Part shown: positions 1 to 9,100 of the stretch, one piece after another
Position numbering within the stretch: the stretch's first letter is position 1
Layout: every line of letters starts with the position of its first letter
The notes under the pieces: model-generated
What the model saw: only the letters and a program-made list of their open reading frames with translations
Databases searched by the model: none
What the model was told of the DNA's origin: nothing
Translations under genes and position numbers: made by a program
Origin: a virus
Lineage: Duplodnaviria > Caudoviricetes
Virus record (IMG/VR): IMGVR_UViG_3300013936_000014
Length of the DNA stretch: 64,000 nt
Reading direction: 5' to 3' (one strand)

Positions 1-191
1 ACATAGAAAAGCTTGCTGTCATCGAAATAGCATAACTTATAAGAATCGCCGCCCTCATGGTCGAGAGAAGTCAAGAACAATGGCCTCCCCTGCGAGTCCA
101 TGAAATAAGTGTCATCTTGCTGAAGAGAACAGCAAAGACGGATGATGTCGTCTTGAGTAAGCATTTCTTTTATTTTTGCCGAATCCAACAT
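1..191 (-). CDS. DNA primase, N-terminal part (runs off the window edge; not in ORF track)
   Basis: ATG at 191 after AAGGGG RBS gives MLDSAKIKEMLTQDDIIRLCC...FLTSLDHEGGDSYKLCYFDDSKLFY. This resembles the Zn-binding N-terminus of phage DnaG-type primases and lies directly downstream of the DnaB helicase. Confidence 0.6.
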   Translation of the reverse strand, partial: MLDSAKIKEMLTQDDIIRLCCSLQQDDTYFMDSQGRPLFLTSLDHEGGDSYKLCYFDDSKLFY

Positions 192-202
192 ATCCGCACC
201 CC

Positions 203-1843
203 TTAAAATTCAAAGTCTATGTTATTATAGACATCCTCAAGTTTGTCTTGGCTGGTGGCGTCCAACACGCTTTCCAGCGTGTCATCAGCCTTTTTCCTTT
301 TTATTCTGTCGCCGACTTTGACATAGGTTGGCTCAACAGGAAGCATGACCCCGTTGCTGTCGGTGACGAAGCAATCATGCATACGACACGTGCCGCGGTC
401 AAAATAAACATACACCCTGATATTCTGATAGGTGCCTCTTCTGATTTTATATACGTGCAATACGAAATTCGGCTTTATCTCGAATCCTTTTGCGCAATAA
501 GTCTCCACCACGGGATTATCCATTTCCCTAACGGGCAGAAGGATGGCTGCGCAGTCTGTCTTATCCGCTAAGGATTTGGCGCCTCTTAATGAAGTGGAGT
601 CCGCCTCTTTCACGTTTTTGTAGTCTCCGGACAACTGAGTTGCGGTCCAAATATAGATATTAAGCTGCTTGGCGCAGTCCTTCAGCGCCGTGGACATCTG
701 CAAGAGGATCTGATCGGTCCTCAATCCTTGGACCTTGGTCTTTCTTGTGCCTTCCGCCAACATTTTGATGCTTTCTGAGAGATAATCGAAGAAAACATAG
801 CCCACGTGCTTGTTCATATAATACGTTTTGATGGTATTGATGACATCATCCGAGTCAAAATTGGTGATGCTCACAAAAAAGAACCTTTCTTTCGAAGCTT
901 CGATCAAGTCAATGGCCTTATCCAACCTTTGTTCTTCTTCTCGCGAGTATTTGCCATCAAGGATCCTGCTTTCTGGTATGCCGGAGACATAGGCCATCAT
1001 CATTGTTTGGACTTCCTGCAATTCAAGTTCGGTCTCGATGATAAGAACGCTTTCTTCCAGCCCCGTATTCACCCATTGCTTTTTGTCACAGTCATAATAT
1101 TCTGGGATTGCAAGATGACAAGCTTCTCCGACCGCAATTCTCGTTTTGCCAACACCCGAAGGCGCTGATGTCATGTTCAAGCACCCATATCTCTGGCCTC
1201 TATATAGAGTGGTAAGTATCGGAGACATAAGAGGCATTCCCATGACGGGGGCCTTTTTCAATTCTTCTTTCAATTCTCTTAAAGAATCTCCCGCTCGACT
1301 CTGGATCAAATCACTGCTACTTCCATAAAGCTGTTTGGCCATGGCGATTTTGACCTCTTCAGACGTGATGATGTCATTAACACTCATCTTATCAAATCTT
1401 TCTTGCATTTTCTGCTGTTCGTCGGGATTAACGACAGAAGAATCATATAAATCACGAGTGTCAATGCCTTGGTTGTTAAGCAGGACAAGCAAACTGTATT
1501 TTTTCAAGGTGTTATAATAATAATCGAATTTCTTAGGATCGTACATCTCAAGAATCTTCTGGATGTATTCAATACCCCTGTTGTCGCAAAAAACCCTGTA
1601 TTGCGACTCATAAGGCTGAAGGAATTTATCAATGTCGATATAATCGATTTTCTCCATTCCGCTGCGGGCCAAATATTCAACGGCTCCGTAGACAATGCGG
1701 TGAAACTGTTCCTGAAAATCGTCGATATCGAAACGATATTTGTTGTTGGCAAACAAAAAAGGATCTTTAATCAAACCAGCCAACACCTGCATAACAGCAA
1801 TCTTATTGATATAAACGATTTCTTTTTGTTCGTTAGCTGACAT
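203..1843 (-). CDS. dnaB: DnaB-like replicative helicase
   Basis: Walker A APSGVGKT, ETEL, Walker B FFDYL, TQL, and SLRGAKSLADKTD motifs. Start moved to ATG 1843 (GGAGG RBS at 1856-1860). Confidence 0.9.
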   Translation of the reverse strand: MSANEQKEIVYINKIAVMQVLAGLIKDPFLFANNKYRFDIDDFQEQFHRIVYGAVEYLARSGMEKIDYIDIDKFLQPYESQYRVFCDNRGIEYIQKILEMYDPKKFDYYYNTLKKYSLLVLLNNQGIDTRDLYDSSVVNPDEQQKMQERFDKMSVNDIITSEEVKIAMAKQLYGSSSDLIQSRAGDSLRELKEELKKAPVMGMPLMSPILTTLYRGQRYGCLNMTSAPSGVGKTRIAVGEACHLAIPEYYDCDKKQWVNTGLEESVLIIETELELQEVQTMMMAYVSGIPESRILDGKYSREEEQRLDKAIDLIEASKERFFFVSITNFDSDDVINTIKTYYMNKHVGYVFFDYLSESIKMLAEGTRKTKVQGLRTDQILLQMSTALKDCAKQLNIYIWTATQLSGDYKNVKEADSTSLRGAKSLADKTDCAAILLPVREMDNPVVETYCAKGFEIKPNFVLHVYKIRRGTYQNIRVYVYFDRGTCRMHDCFVTDSNGVMLPVEPTYVKVGDRIKRKKADDTLESVLDATSQDKLEDVYNNIDFEF

Positions 1844-1847
1844 GTGA

Positions 1848-2357
1848 TTATAAATCCTCCATCTTATATTTTGGCTTATTTCGATTTTTTTGGTCATCCT
1901 TCGAGATAATGACCACTCGAGGTTCAACGTTTATGTTTGTCTTCATATTCACCTCTCGTATCTTTCGTTGCTCTATAAGATACTCTCGGGTCCTCTCATA
2001 TTGCTCTTTAAGAACTCTCGGCAACAATTCTATTACGGGAGTATTGCCCAAAACCTTATAATAATACCAAATGGTCGCTTTAAGCCCCTTTATCTGAACT
2101 TTATCGTAAGAGATTTGCCTTGTGATCGCACCGACTACTTCCGGCGGGATAATGGTAATTCCAAAAACCTCTTTGATATAATTGTACAAATCTTTTTGCG
2201 CGTTGTCAAACGCGATTTTCTCCGTTACCAATTCTTGGTAACATTTTTCACAATACTTTTTCCCGTCTATTTCTCGAAATGCGGTACCCACAAACGTGGT
2301 ACCGCATTTCGAACAGCGGAGAGGGCTGAATTTGCCACCCGTTCCTGCCATAGGCAT
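1848..2357 (-). CDS. Zn-finger protein (CSKC...CEKC), possible helicase loader/accessory
   Basis: Two CxxC pairs at the N-terminus; coupled between the Sak4-like ATPase and DnaB genes. Confidence 0.55.
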   Translation of the reverse strand: MPMAGTGGKFSPLRCSKCGTTFVGTAFREIDGKKYCEKCYQELVTEKIAFDNAQKDLYNYIKEVFGITIIPPEVVGAITRQISYDKVQIKGLKATIWYYYKVLGNTPVIELLPRVLKEQYERTREYLIEQRKIREVNMKTNINVEPRVVIISKDDQKNRNKPKYKMEDL

Positions 2358-3403
2358 TATCCCTTGATAACGTCGGAATATTCGTAACCAAGCTTGAGAA
2401 GCTCGTTATAGACCAAGTCTAAAGCCTCACGCTGGTCTTCGGTGGCTTTGTTGCACTTGAAGTCGGGGTTGCCAAGTTTATCTTTGAGAATCTTCTGGTA
2501 TTCGTCAATGGTCCCCGTCTTCTTCTTCATGCGGATTAGCATATTTCCAATGCGTTTAATTTCTTCGTCAACAGAAAGGAAAGAAGCTTCTTCGATCATT
2601 TTTTCAGAGTCGGCTTCGGCCTTTGCCTGTTCGGGGGTAATGGCTTTGCTTCCGGTCTTTTTCTCGTTTTCGTGGATGGCCGCATTCAAAGCTTCCGTCA
2701 ATTTGCTGTAATTCCAGTTTGGGATGGTGCTCGGCATGTAGTCGAAGCGGGTCTTCGCCTCGAAAGCGCTGTTCCCCCTCACATACAGGGTGGAGAGAAC
2801 GGAAGGGGTCCCATCGATCTGCTGATCGAATTGGGCAAAGCCAACGATATCGCACATATTAATGATGGGGTCTACGCTACGCTTGTCGCCGGCGGGATAG
2901 ATCTTGGTATATTTGGCGCCTGTGGGATCATAGAAATCACGGGTTCCGGAATGGTCAAGGAAAATCAAAGTGAAGCCGCTGGTATCAAGGGCATTGAGTT
3001 GTTTTTGAACTTCTTGAGCATATTCCTTCCAAAGGCCGTACCCTTCGTTGCCCTTTGCAATGCTCGTGGCTCCAAAAACGCCGCAAACATACGCTTGAGC
3101 CAACAATTCGATGCCATCGATAGAATCGATGATGATGGTTTCATACATCTCATGAATCTTATCTTCGTCTTTGGAATTGGTAAGTTGCTTTACAATGTCG
3201 CGGAAATCGCTCCATTTTTTGATTGTGAAGTGAGGTACTCCATCAATCGCGCCCAAGCCGTTTTCAAAGCAAAGGACCAAGGGTTTTGGCGCCTGAACGG
3301 CATTGCGGGTCTTCCCCGTGCCGGCCATGCCATAGATGAGAATCTTCTTTCCGACAACGCCGTCAACCACTTTAGAAATTTCAGGTTTTAACAAATCTAA
3401 CAT
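2357..3403 (-). CDS. AAA_24/Sak4-like ATPase (phage recombination protein)
   Basis: ILIYGMAGTGKT Walker A, IIIDSID Walker B, AKTR motif; adjacent to SSB as is typical of Sak4/SSB pairs. Confidence 0.8.
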   Translation of the reverse strand: MLDLLKPEISKVVDGVVGKKILIYGMAGTGKTRNAVQAPKPLVLCFENGLGAIDGVPHFTIKKWSDFRDIVKQLTNSKDEDKIHEMYETIIIDSIDGIELLAQAYVCGVFGATSIAKGNEGYGLWKEYAQEVQKQLNALDTSGFTLIFLDHSGTRDFYDPTGAKYTKIYPAGDKRSVDPIINMCDIVGFAQFDQQIDGTPSVLSTLYVRGNSAFEAKTRFDYMPSTIPNWNYSKLTEALNAAIHENEKKTGSKAITPEQAKAEADSEKMIEEASFLSVDEEIKRIGNMLIRMKKKTGTIDEYQKILKDKLGNPDFKCNKATEDQREALDLVYNELLKLGYEYSDVIKG

Positions 3404-3420
3404 CTCTCTATCCTCCTATT

Positions 3421-4458
3421 TTAGAAATTGAAATCATTGAATTCTCCGCCGAATGGGTCATCGTTTCCGATCACCGGGGCAGGAGTCGCGGCAAACCCAT
3501 TCGCGGCCATTTTCGCAGAAGCGCGGCGGTTATCTCCACTGGTGTTGCGACGAGTGGTGTTTTCCGCAATGCGTTGGTCACGGAGGACCAACCCTTGCTT
3601 GACTTCTTCTTGGGTGATGCAGCCTTCTTCTCCTTCATGGATAGGCAATTTACCGCCTTCGCGGCCAAGGATTTGACGTTCGCGGACGAAAGTGGTTTTA
3701 AACTGCGATTCACCATCGCCATTCCAAGAGAACGGATCATCATTCGACTCAGCCGAAACCTCTTTTTGTTCAAGATCAACCAATTTTCCGGTGAAATTTG
3801 CGGTGTCGTGAACTTCATAGTTGTTTTGAACGAAATCCGCAAGCTTTCCGGAAGGGACAACAAAGGAAATGCGGTTCATGGTTCCCTTATAATCTGGCAA
3901 GAGCCCCGTAACGGTAAGACGCCCAGTGGGTTCGACGTTCTCGGTTTCCTTGTCGTATTTCGTTTCTTCGCTCATAGATTCGATGTACATTTCTACGGTA
4001 AACATTGCTTCGGGCACGAAAGGACGGGCATCGGTGGCGGTTTTCAGCTTTACCCCATCGCCCCTCAAAGTAACGATGGACCTTTCTTTGTTGTCGAGTT
4101 TGGTGGCGTACTCCTCCATGTGGGCACGAACGTGAATCTTGGTCGAGCATTGGGCAGCCGTTTGGAAATTGGCTGCGGAATTGCCGCTCAAATAACTGGC
4201 GATGGACATCGTCTTGTTTGGAAGGACTTCCAACAAATCCTTATAGGTGGAATTCTCTTTGCCGCTCTTGTAGAAGTGGCTCGCGAAGAACTGCACCTTA
4301 TAAGCCTCAGACTCGTTAATAGCGACGATGAGGTTGCCGCGGATAGCGTCTTTGCCATCTTTGGTTTTGACACATTCAAGAGTGTTTTCTTTCAAATACC
4401 CCGTGATGCCAACGTAATTTTTTCTGCGAACAATAGTTTTCTTTGTTTCTTCTGCCAT
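3421..4458 (-). CDS. single-stranded DNA-binding protein (tandem OB-fold type)
   Basis: N-terminal ITGYL beta-strand pattern, acidic/aromatic C-terminal tail DDPFGGEFNDFNF, replication-module context. Confidence 0.65.
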   Translation of the reverse strand: MAEETKKTIVRRKNYVGITGYLKENTLECVKTKDGKDAIRGNLIVAINESEAYKVQFFASHFYKSGKENSTYKDLLEVLPNKTMSIASYLSGNSAANFQTAAQCSTKIHVRAHMEEYATKLDNKERSIVTLRGDGVKLKTATDARPFVPEAMFTVEMYIESMSEETKYDKETENVEPTGRLTVTGLLPDYKGTMNRISFVVPSGKLADFVQNNYEVHDTANFTGKLVDLEQKEVSAESNDDPFSWNGDGESQFKTTFVRERQILGREGGKLPIHEGEEGCITQEEVKQGLVLRDQRIAENTTRRNTSGDNRRASAKMAANGFAATPAPVIGNDDPFGGEFNDFNF

Positions 4459-4515
4459 ATTTAATGGTCCTCCATTTTCTATCTAAGACACTCAGAATCT
4501 GCCTTGGACGCCACT

Positions 4516-4545
4516 AGTATAAATGAAAACGCAACCCGAAGTCAA
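4516..4545 (-). promoter_or_regulatory. sigmaA-like promoter for replication operon
   Basis: TTGACT-N18-TATACT on the minus strand; the -35 lies in the loop of the hairpin at 4530-4555. Confidence 0.55.
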
Positions 4546-4555
4546 GGGGGTTGCG
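4526..4555 (-). terminator. intrinsic terminator after 4566-5414
   Basis: CGCAACCC/GGGTTGCG stem followed by TTTT on the minus strand. Confidence 0.55.
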
Positions 4556-4565
4556 ATTTTATTTT

Positions 4566-5414
4566 CTAATTTATTTTCTGAAGATTATACACATTGAAGA
4601 ATTTCTTGAACTTTTTGATGGATATATAATTATTATACGGAAGTTTTATATAAATTCGGCATTTCAGCCATTTCGATTTATGCTGATACGTGTTTCCGTC
4701 AAAATTAACATTCCAGCAAGGCGTTTTCTCCAGTTTCTTATCTTTCTGTATCTTCACCAGAACATCTATTTCTTTTTCGGGAATTATGCGCCCTTTTTCG
4801 CCTGGATTGCATATATCATTGCCCGAGTTTTCAAAAATATGCTTTCCCATAGCCAAAGCATTTAGTATTTCTAATTCGCCAATACCTCTGCCATCCATGA
4901 TATTTTTATAGTCGCCCGGAAGAGAAAAAGAGCAAATCGAAACGGAGCTGAGCTTCGTGACGTCCATCGCGTCAATCCCTTTGCCTATAAGATCAGAGAT
5001 CCCATTGTTATTCAGCTTGTCTAAGGTAAAAGAATATCGTGACGTCTCGATGTCAGCCCATCTTTGCTTGCGTTTATAGTCCGCTTCGATAGACGCTATC
5101 AACCCCTTAAGGCACTTTTCCGCTTTTTCTTTCGTGAGAGCATAGGCATATGCCTCTCCCCAGATCCTTGTCTTGATATTGTTTCTATTAAGATCTTTCC
5201 GAATGAGCTTTAGCCATTCCTCACAAACTTCTTTCTCGTCGACATCCCAAAGCATCATGTTGTTGTCGCTCTGGCTTTTAGGCGTTCCCAAAATAATGTA
5301 TTCCTTGATTTTCCCCACATATTCTTTAGGTGTCCCGCTAACATATTCGGCGTAGATTGAATATAATTTTTTGCCCGCCATTTCATTTATAGTTTTATCG
5401 TCTTTTAATCTCAT
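4566..5414 (-). CDS. hypothetical protein (moron-like: own promoter and terminator)
   Basis: Open frame; ATG 5414 follows GGAGG; upstream TTGCAT-N18-TATATT at 5444-5473; no recognisable motif. Confidence 0.6.
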   Translation of the reverse strand: MRLKDDKTINEMAGKKLYSIYAEYVSGTPKEYVGKIKEYIILGTPKSQSDNNMMLWDVDEKEVCEEWLKLIRKDLNRNNIKTRIWGEAYAYALTKEKAEKCLKGLIASIEADYKRKQRWADIETSRYSFTLDKLNNNGISDLIGKGIDAMDVTKLSSVSICSFSLPGDYKNIMDGRGIGELEILNALAMGKHIFENSGNDICNPGEKGRIIPEKEIDVLVKIQKDKKLEKTPCWNVNFDGNTYQHKSKWLKCRIYIKLPYNNYISIKKFKKFFNVYNLQKIN

Positions 5415-5591
5415 ATCAATCTCCTCCATTATTTTTCAAAAATAATATACCAAAATGCTTAAATAAAATGCAAGTTTTATTTTTTCACACAGCCGCGCTT
5501 TTGAATCAATTCTTTCCGAAGCCAACAAATTTAGACTTTCAGACAAAGAGCCATGGCAGGAAACGAAAAAATTCATTCAGAAATGCGATTC

Positions 5592-5624
5592 AATAATTTC
5601 ATAATAATTTCATAATAATTTCAT
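5592..5624. repeat. 3 x 11-bp tandem repeat AATAATTTCAT
   Basis: Read directly; ends about 30 bp before the outermost shufflon crossover site. Confidence 0.85.
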
Positions 5625-5655
5625 AAAACCAAACAGAATACTGCGATTCTAATGG

Positions 5656-6384
5656 TCATTTACTCCATTCCAGTGGCAGATGACCTCTATTATCCATGAA
5701 CACGAAATTTACAACAGCGACTTCCTCACGGACTTTGACTATACCTATGAAATGAACGGCGATCGCCTTTCCACAGTGAGCGGCGTCGGCATCAGCGGCG
5801 ATGGAGGCGACCCAACCTCTCCCGATTTTTATAGCTCGGGGATATGTCATTCTTTTACAGAAGATCCATATATCCTAAAGGTTATGGATGTCTCGGCTTT
5901 TCGGACAAACCCAACGAATCCTATCTCATTAATCGAATACCCCAATTCAGGACGTACTCTTGACGAGGGGATCAGTCCTTTAGGTTCTTTACAAACGTAT
6001 GACAGTTTTGATGAGTATTTTTACAAATACGACGTGCAGAGGAGCGTTCTGAGGGCGGAATTCACAGTAGTCAATTCAGCGGCGCAAGAGACCGAAGTTT
6101 ACAGTGTTTTTCTGCTGGCATTCACTTTCGGCGACATCAGGCGCACGGCAGCGGAGACGAACACCAAGGAAATTGCATATGATGGTTTGTATGCCTCAAT
6201 GATAGGCGCCATCGTCCTCCCTCACAAATTCTCGCAAAGCACCGAGACGGGGGAGAATGCTTCCGTGTTATTTGATGAGAATTCGGTGAAATTCGATGGG
6301 ACGGAGTATAAGACAGACAGCACCTCCGCAAAAAGGGTGAAATTCTACAAAGTGTTCCCATTCTATGACCAATCCCTGAAATAA
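5656..6384 (+). CDS. silent variable C-terminal cassette C of shufflon
   Basis: Frame opens immediately after ATACTGCGATTCTAATG|GT (an in-frame TAA lies just upstream of the core); no RBS; sequence unrelated to the other three cassettes. Confidence 0.7.
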   Translation, partial: SFTPFQWQMTSIIHEHEIYNSDFLTDFDYTYEMNGDRLSTVSGVGISGDGGDPTSPDFYSSGICHSFTEDPYILKVMDVSAFRTNPTNPISLIEYPNSGRTLDEGISPLGSLQTYDSFDEYFYKYDVQRSVLRAEFTVVNSAAQETEVYSVFLLAFTFGDIRRTAAETNTKEIAYDGLYASMIGAIVLPHKFSQSTETGENASVLFDENSVKFDGTEYKTDSTSAKRVKFYKVFPFYDQSLK

Positions 6385-6428
6385 TGCTAAGCGATTTCGT
6401 AGGTTTGACGGAATGCTGGGTGAAATGC

Positions 6429-6902
6429 TTAGAAAAAGAACACAAGGCTGTCTTTGTCGCACGAAACCCATGAAGTGCCGTTGAAATAATAACTGGAGGA
6501 GTATTCTTTGCTCTTGACAATCCTCGTGGTTCCATTGAAAGTGATCTGTTTTTCCACAATGTCGTAAACGGCTATCGCAGGATAATATCTGGTCCGAAGG
6601 ATCTCGCCGGTTTGTGTGGTCATTTGTTCGCTTCTGTAACCGATGACCGTGCTTCCTCCCACGCTGCTTGGTCCGTCTTTAATTGCGTACCAGCTGATCG
6701 GGTAATTTTGAAGAAGGGTGTCGACACGTCCGACTATGGGGTCATTAATATATATATGCCCTTGAGCCCCTACCTTTAGATAAATGTCGTTCCTCCCTTC
6801 ATCTTCGTCGTCAGCCAAAATGCTGATATTCACGGTACTATTGAGACGAATGCTCCCGCTCGCAACGTTCCACACCTCGTCGTTGCTGTTCAATTCAATC
6901 GA
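6429..6902 (-). CDS. silent variable C-terminal cassette A of shufflon
   Basis: Follows TTACTGCGGTTCCAACG|GT; shares the LLQNYPISWYAIKDGP motif with cassettes B and D; no RBS/ATG. Confidence 0.8.
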   Translation of the reverse strand, partial: SIELNSNDEVWNVASGSIRLNSTVNISILADDEDEGRNDIYLKVGAQGHIYINDPIVGRVDTLLQNYPISWYAIKDGPSSVGGSTVIGYRSEQMTTQTGEILRTRYYPAIAVYDIVEKQITFNGTTRIVKSKEYSSSYYFNGTSWVSCDKDSLVFFF

Positions 6903-6956
6903 CCGTTGGAACCGCAGTAAAAAAACGAGGCCCACAAGAGCCTCGTTTTTTTATCC
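6902..6956. repeat. 55-bp inverted repeat, left copy (crossover arm plus bidirectional terminator)
   Basis: 54/55 identical to the reverse complement of 7626-7680; contains A7-CGAGGC-loop-GCCTCG-T7. Confidence 0.95.
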
Positions 6957-7016
6957 CCCTTTACTTGTTTCCTTTTTTTTGATATCATGATGCTAACAAA
7001 AAGAAAGGAGCCGCAT

Positions 7017-7631
7017 ATGAACTACGGTTACATCAGGGTGAGCACAGATAAGCAGACAGTCGAGAACCAGCGCTTCGAGGTGGAAAGATTCTGCAGAGAT
7101 AAAAGCATGTCCATCGATCGGTGGATAGAAGAGACGGAATCCGGGGCTATCCCCGTCGAAAAAAGGAAGCTTGGATCCTTCATGAAGAAACTCCAAAAAG
7201 GGGACATCCTCATCTGCACGGAGCTCTCCCGGCTCGGCCGCTCTCTCTTCATGGTTATGACCCTGCTTGACGGGTGCTTGAAAAAGGGCGTCGAGGTGTG
7301 GACCACAAAAGAGGGGTATCGGCTTGGCGACAACATGAGCTCAAAAGTGATGGCATTCGCTTTCGGTCTTGCCGCCGAGATTGAGAGAAACCTGATCTCG
7401 CAACGCACGAAAGAGGCGCTGGCCGCGCGACGCGCGGCGGGGGTGCGGCTCGGGAGGCGAGAGGGCTCGAAAAACAGGGCTTACAAGCTTGACAAGCATA
7501 AAGATTACATAATGAAAAAACTATCGGAGGGCAAATCGAATTACTACATCTCAAAACATCTCCATGCGAAATACAGCACGGTCGTCGATTATGTGAAAAG
7601 ACTGAAGAAATCGTCGCAGACAAACGGATAA
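7017..7631 (+). CDS. serine recombinase / DNA invertase (Mpi-like)
   Basis: YGYIRVSTDKQ catalytic Ser motif, ELSRLGR, AEIERNLISQRTKEAL, LGR, C-terminal HTH; AAGGAG RBS before ATG 7017. Confidence 0.95.
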   Translation: MNYGYIRVSTDKQTVENQRFEVERFCRDKSMSIDRWIEETESGAIPVEKRKLGSFMKKLQKGDILICTELSRLGRSLFMVMTLLDGCLKKGVEVWTTKEGYRLGDNMSSKVMAFAFGLAAEIERNLISQRTKEALAARRAAGVRLGRREGSKNRAYKLDKHKDYIMKKLSEGKSNYYISKHLHAKYSTVVDYVKRLKKSSQTNG

Positions 7632-7680
7632 AAAAACGAGGCTCTTGCGGGCCTCGTTTTTTTACTGCGGTTCCAACGGT
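7626..7680. repeat. 55-bp inverted repeat, right copy (bidirectional terminator plus crossover arm)
   Basis: Reverse complement of 6902-6956 with one mismatch, in the hairpin loop. Confidence 0.95.
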
Positions 7681-8285
7681 TGTCTTATCCGACGGAGTGG
7701 AAAGATGTGGATGGCAGACCGTCGATAACATTATACTCTCAAAGCGGCATTATTGAACAAACCTGGAAGGTCGATACTTCATTCGATATTTCGAGTAGCG
7801 ATGAGGAGAAATCGGTTGATTGTTATGCGGATATGGACGTATCGGCCACGGATCACGGCGATGCGGGCGTTATGTTGGAATCCTATACTACGGTATCTCC
7901 CTCTTCCGGGGCTGAAACGACATATGCGGCCCGTCTTCTTCTTGATTCCGCCCTCGACGATGCGACCATCAGGGTGCAAGACAAAAACACGTCCTATAGC
8001 TTAGTCGATCTCGCCAACTATCCGATCAATTACTCGGCATTGAAAGGGGCCCCGAATCCTTCTACATATAGCCAAATCGGAATTTACACCAAAGGATATG
8101 GGAGCGGACAGAACAGAGGGAGTATTAATTCTATTGCGTTTCATTATGTAGACAAAAATACTGCATTGAACGACATAAATAATGAAAAATGGTTTTACGT
8201 CAACTCTTCAGGAACGCTGACTTCTTTCACCCCAAATTTAAACAACGAAACATTTACCCCGTTGAAAATATTGACAACGAACTGA
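7680..8285 (+). CDS. silent variable C-terminal cassette B of shufflon
   Basis: Follows TTACTGCGGTTCCAACG|GT in the same frame as A; LANYPINYSALKGAP motif; no RBS. Confidence 0.8.
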   Translation: MSYPTEWKDVDGRPSITLYSQSGIIEQTWKVDTSFDISSSDEEKSVDCYADMDVSATDHGDAGVMLESYTTVSPSSGAETTYAARLLLDSALDDATIRVQDKNTSYSLVDLANYPINYSALKGAPNPSTYSQIGIYTKGYGSGQNRGSINSIAFHYVDKNTALNDINNEKWFYVNSSGTLTSFTPNLNNETFTPLKILTTN

Positions 8286-8443
8286 ACCAATTCTGTTTTT
8301 GGCAATAAGCGTAAATTCAGAGGCACGCATCGTAAAAAAACAAAACTCGAATCAAAGAGATGAGGCAACGAACCAAGATAAACATCTGTTGCCGTTTGCG
8401 AGTTTAGCGCAACGATTCAACAACCGATGACATCTTATGAAAG

Positions 8444-9043
8444 TCAGAACCTTATCTTTTCTTTGAATGTATCCGAATCCGTGACAGCAAACTCTTCCCA
8501 AGCCCGGTCTTTGATATTATAACGAAAATAATATCTCTTAGAAGAAGAGCCTCTCAAATTATATAATGCCGAGAATCCGATAGTATAGCAGTCCGCTTGC
8601 GCGCCTGAATCATAATAATAGCATAAACCAAATTTTACAGAAGAAACACTTGAAGTCGAAGCATTCGTGGGCACCCACAAAGGAGTGCTCTCGGCGACAG
8701 CAAGAACTTTGTCTCCCGAGTCATCCGTTTTCAAATCAAGGGGTTTGCCGGCTATGGCGCTCCAGTTGATTGGATAATTTTTTAGCAATATGGAGTCGTT
8801 GCCGCCGCTATAATCATCGTGGACCCAGATGTCGTGATCATCCAACTTAATGGTTGTGTTTGGAACGTCAGAACTCCCGACAGACAAAGTTATGGTTTCT
8901 TCGGAATCTTGGTGCCACTCCCACTGAGCGTGCACGGCATGGTCGCTAACAATCGACGGTTTATTTTGTACTACGGACCAATCGGTCTCCGGATGAAGGA
9001 CATTGCCGCTGGCGTCCTTCAATCTAACTTTAATAGTTGACAT
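8444..9043 (-). CDS. expressed shufflon gene: 29-aa constant N-terminus + cassette D; probable receptor-binding/tail-fibre accessory protein
   Basis: AGGAGG RBS and ATG. MSTIKVRLKDASGNVLHPETDWSVVQNKP is a fibre-type N-terminus (LHPET, WxxVxNKP); LLKNYPINWSAIAGKP motif shared with A and B. Confidence 0.8.
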   Translation of the reverse strand: MSTIKVRLKDASGNVLHPETDWSVVQNKPSIVSDHAVHAQWEWHQDSEETITLSVGSSDVPNTTIKLDDHDIWVHDDYSGGNDSILLKNYPINWSAIAGKPLDLKTDDSGDKVLAVAESTPLWVPTNASTSSVSSVKFGLCYYYDSGAQADCYTIGFSALYNLRGSSSKRYYFRYNIKDRAWEEFAVTDSDTFKEKIRF

Positions 9044-9100
9044 ATTTTTCCTCCTTATAAGATTCCAAGGAATAAAATCCTCATTTTATTCCTCAATAAT

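Larger units (their letters stand above)
5638..9043. mobile_element. shufflon: multiple DNA inversion locus with 4 cassettes and a central serine invertase
   Basis: Four putative crossover sites share an in-frame G|T core (5655-56 +, 6903-02 -, 7679-80 +, 8957-56 -). Two tail-to-tail cassette pairs flank an invertase gene bracketed by 55-bp inverted repeats. Confidence 0.85.

Noticed and set aside
5592-5624. CRISPR array (also considered for the ACAGCA hairpins)
   Set aside because: The 11-bp units have no spacers; the ACAGCA units share only 6-7 nt; no cas genes in the window.
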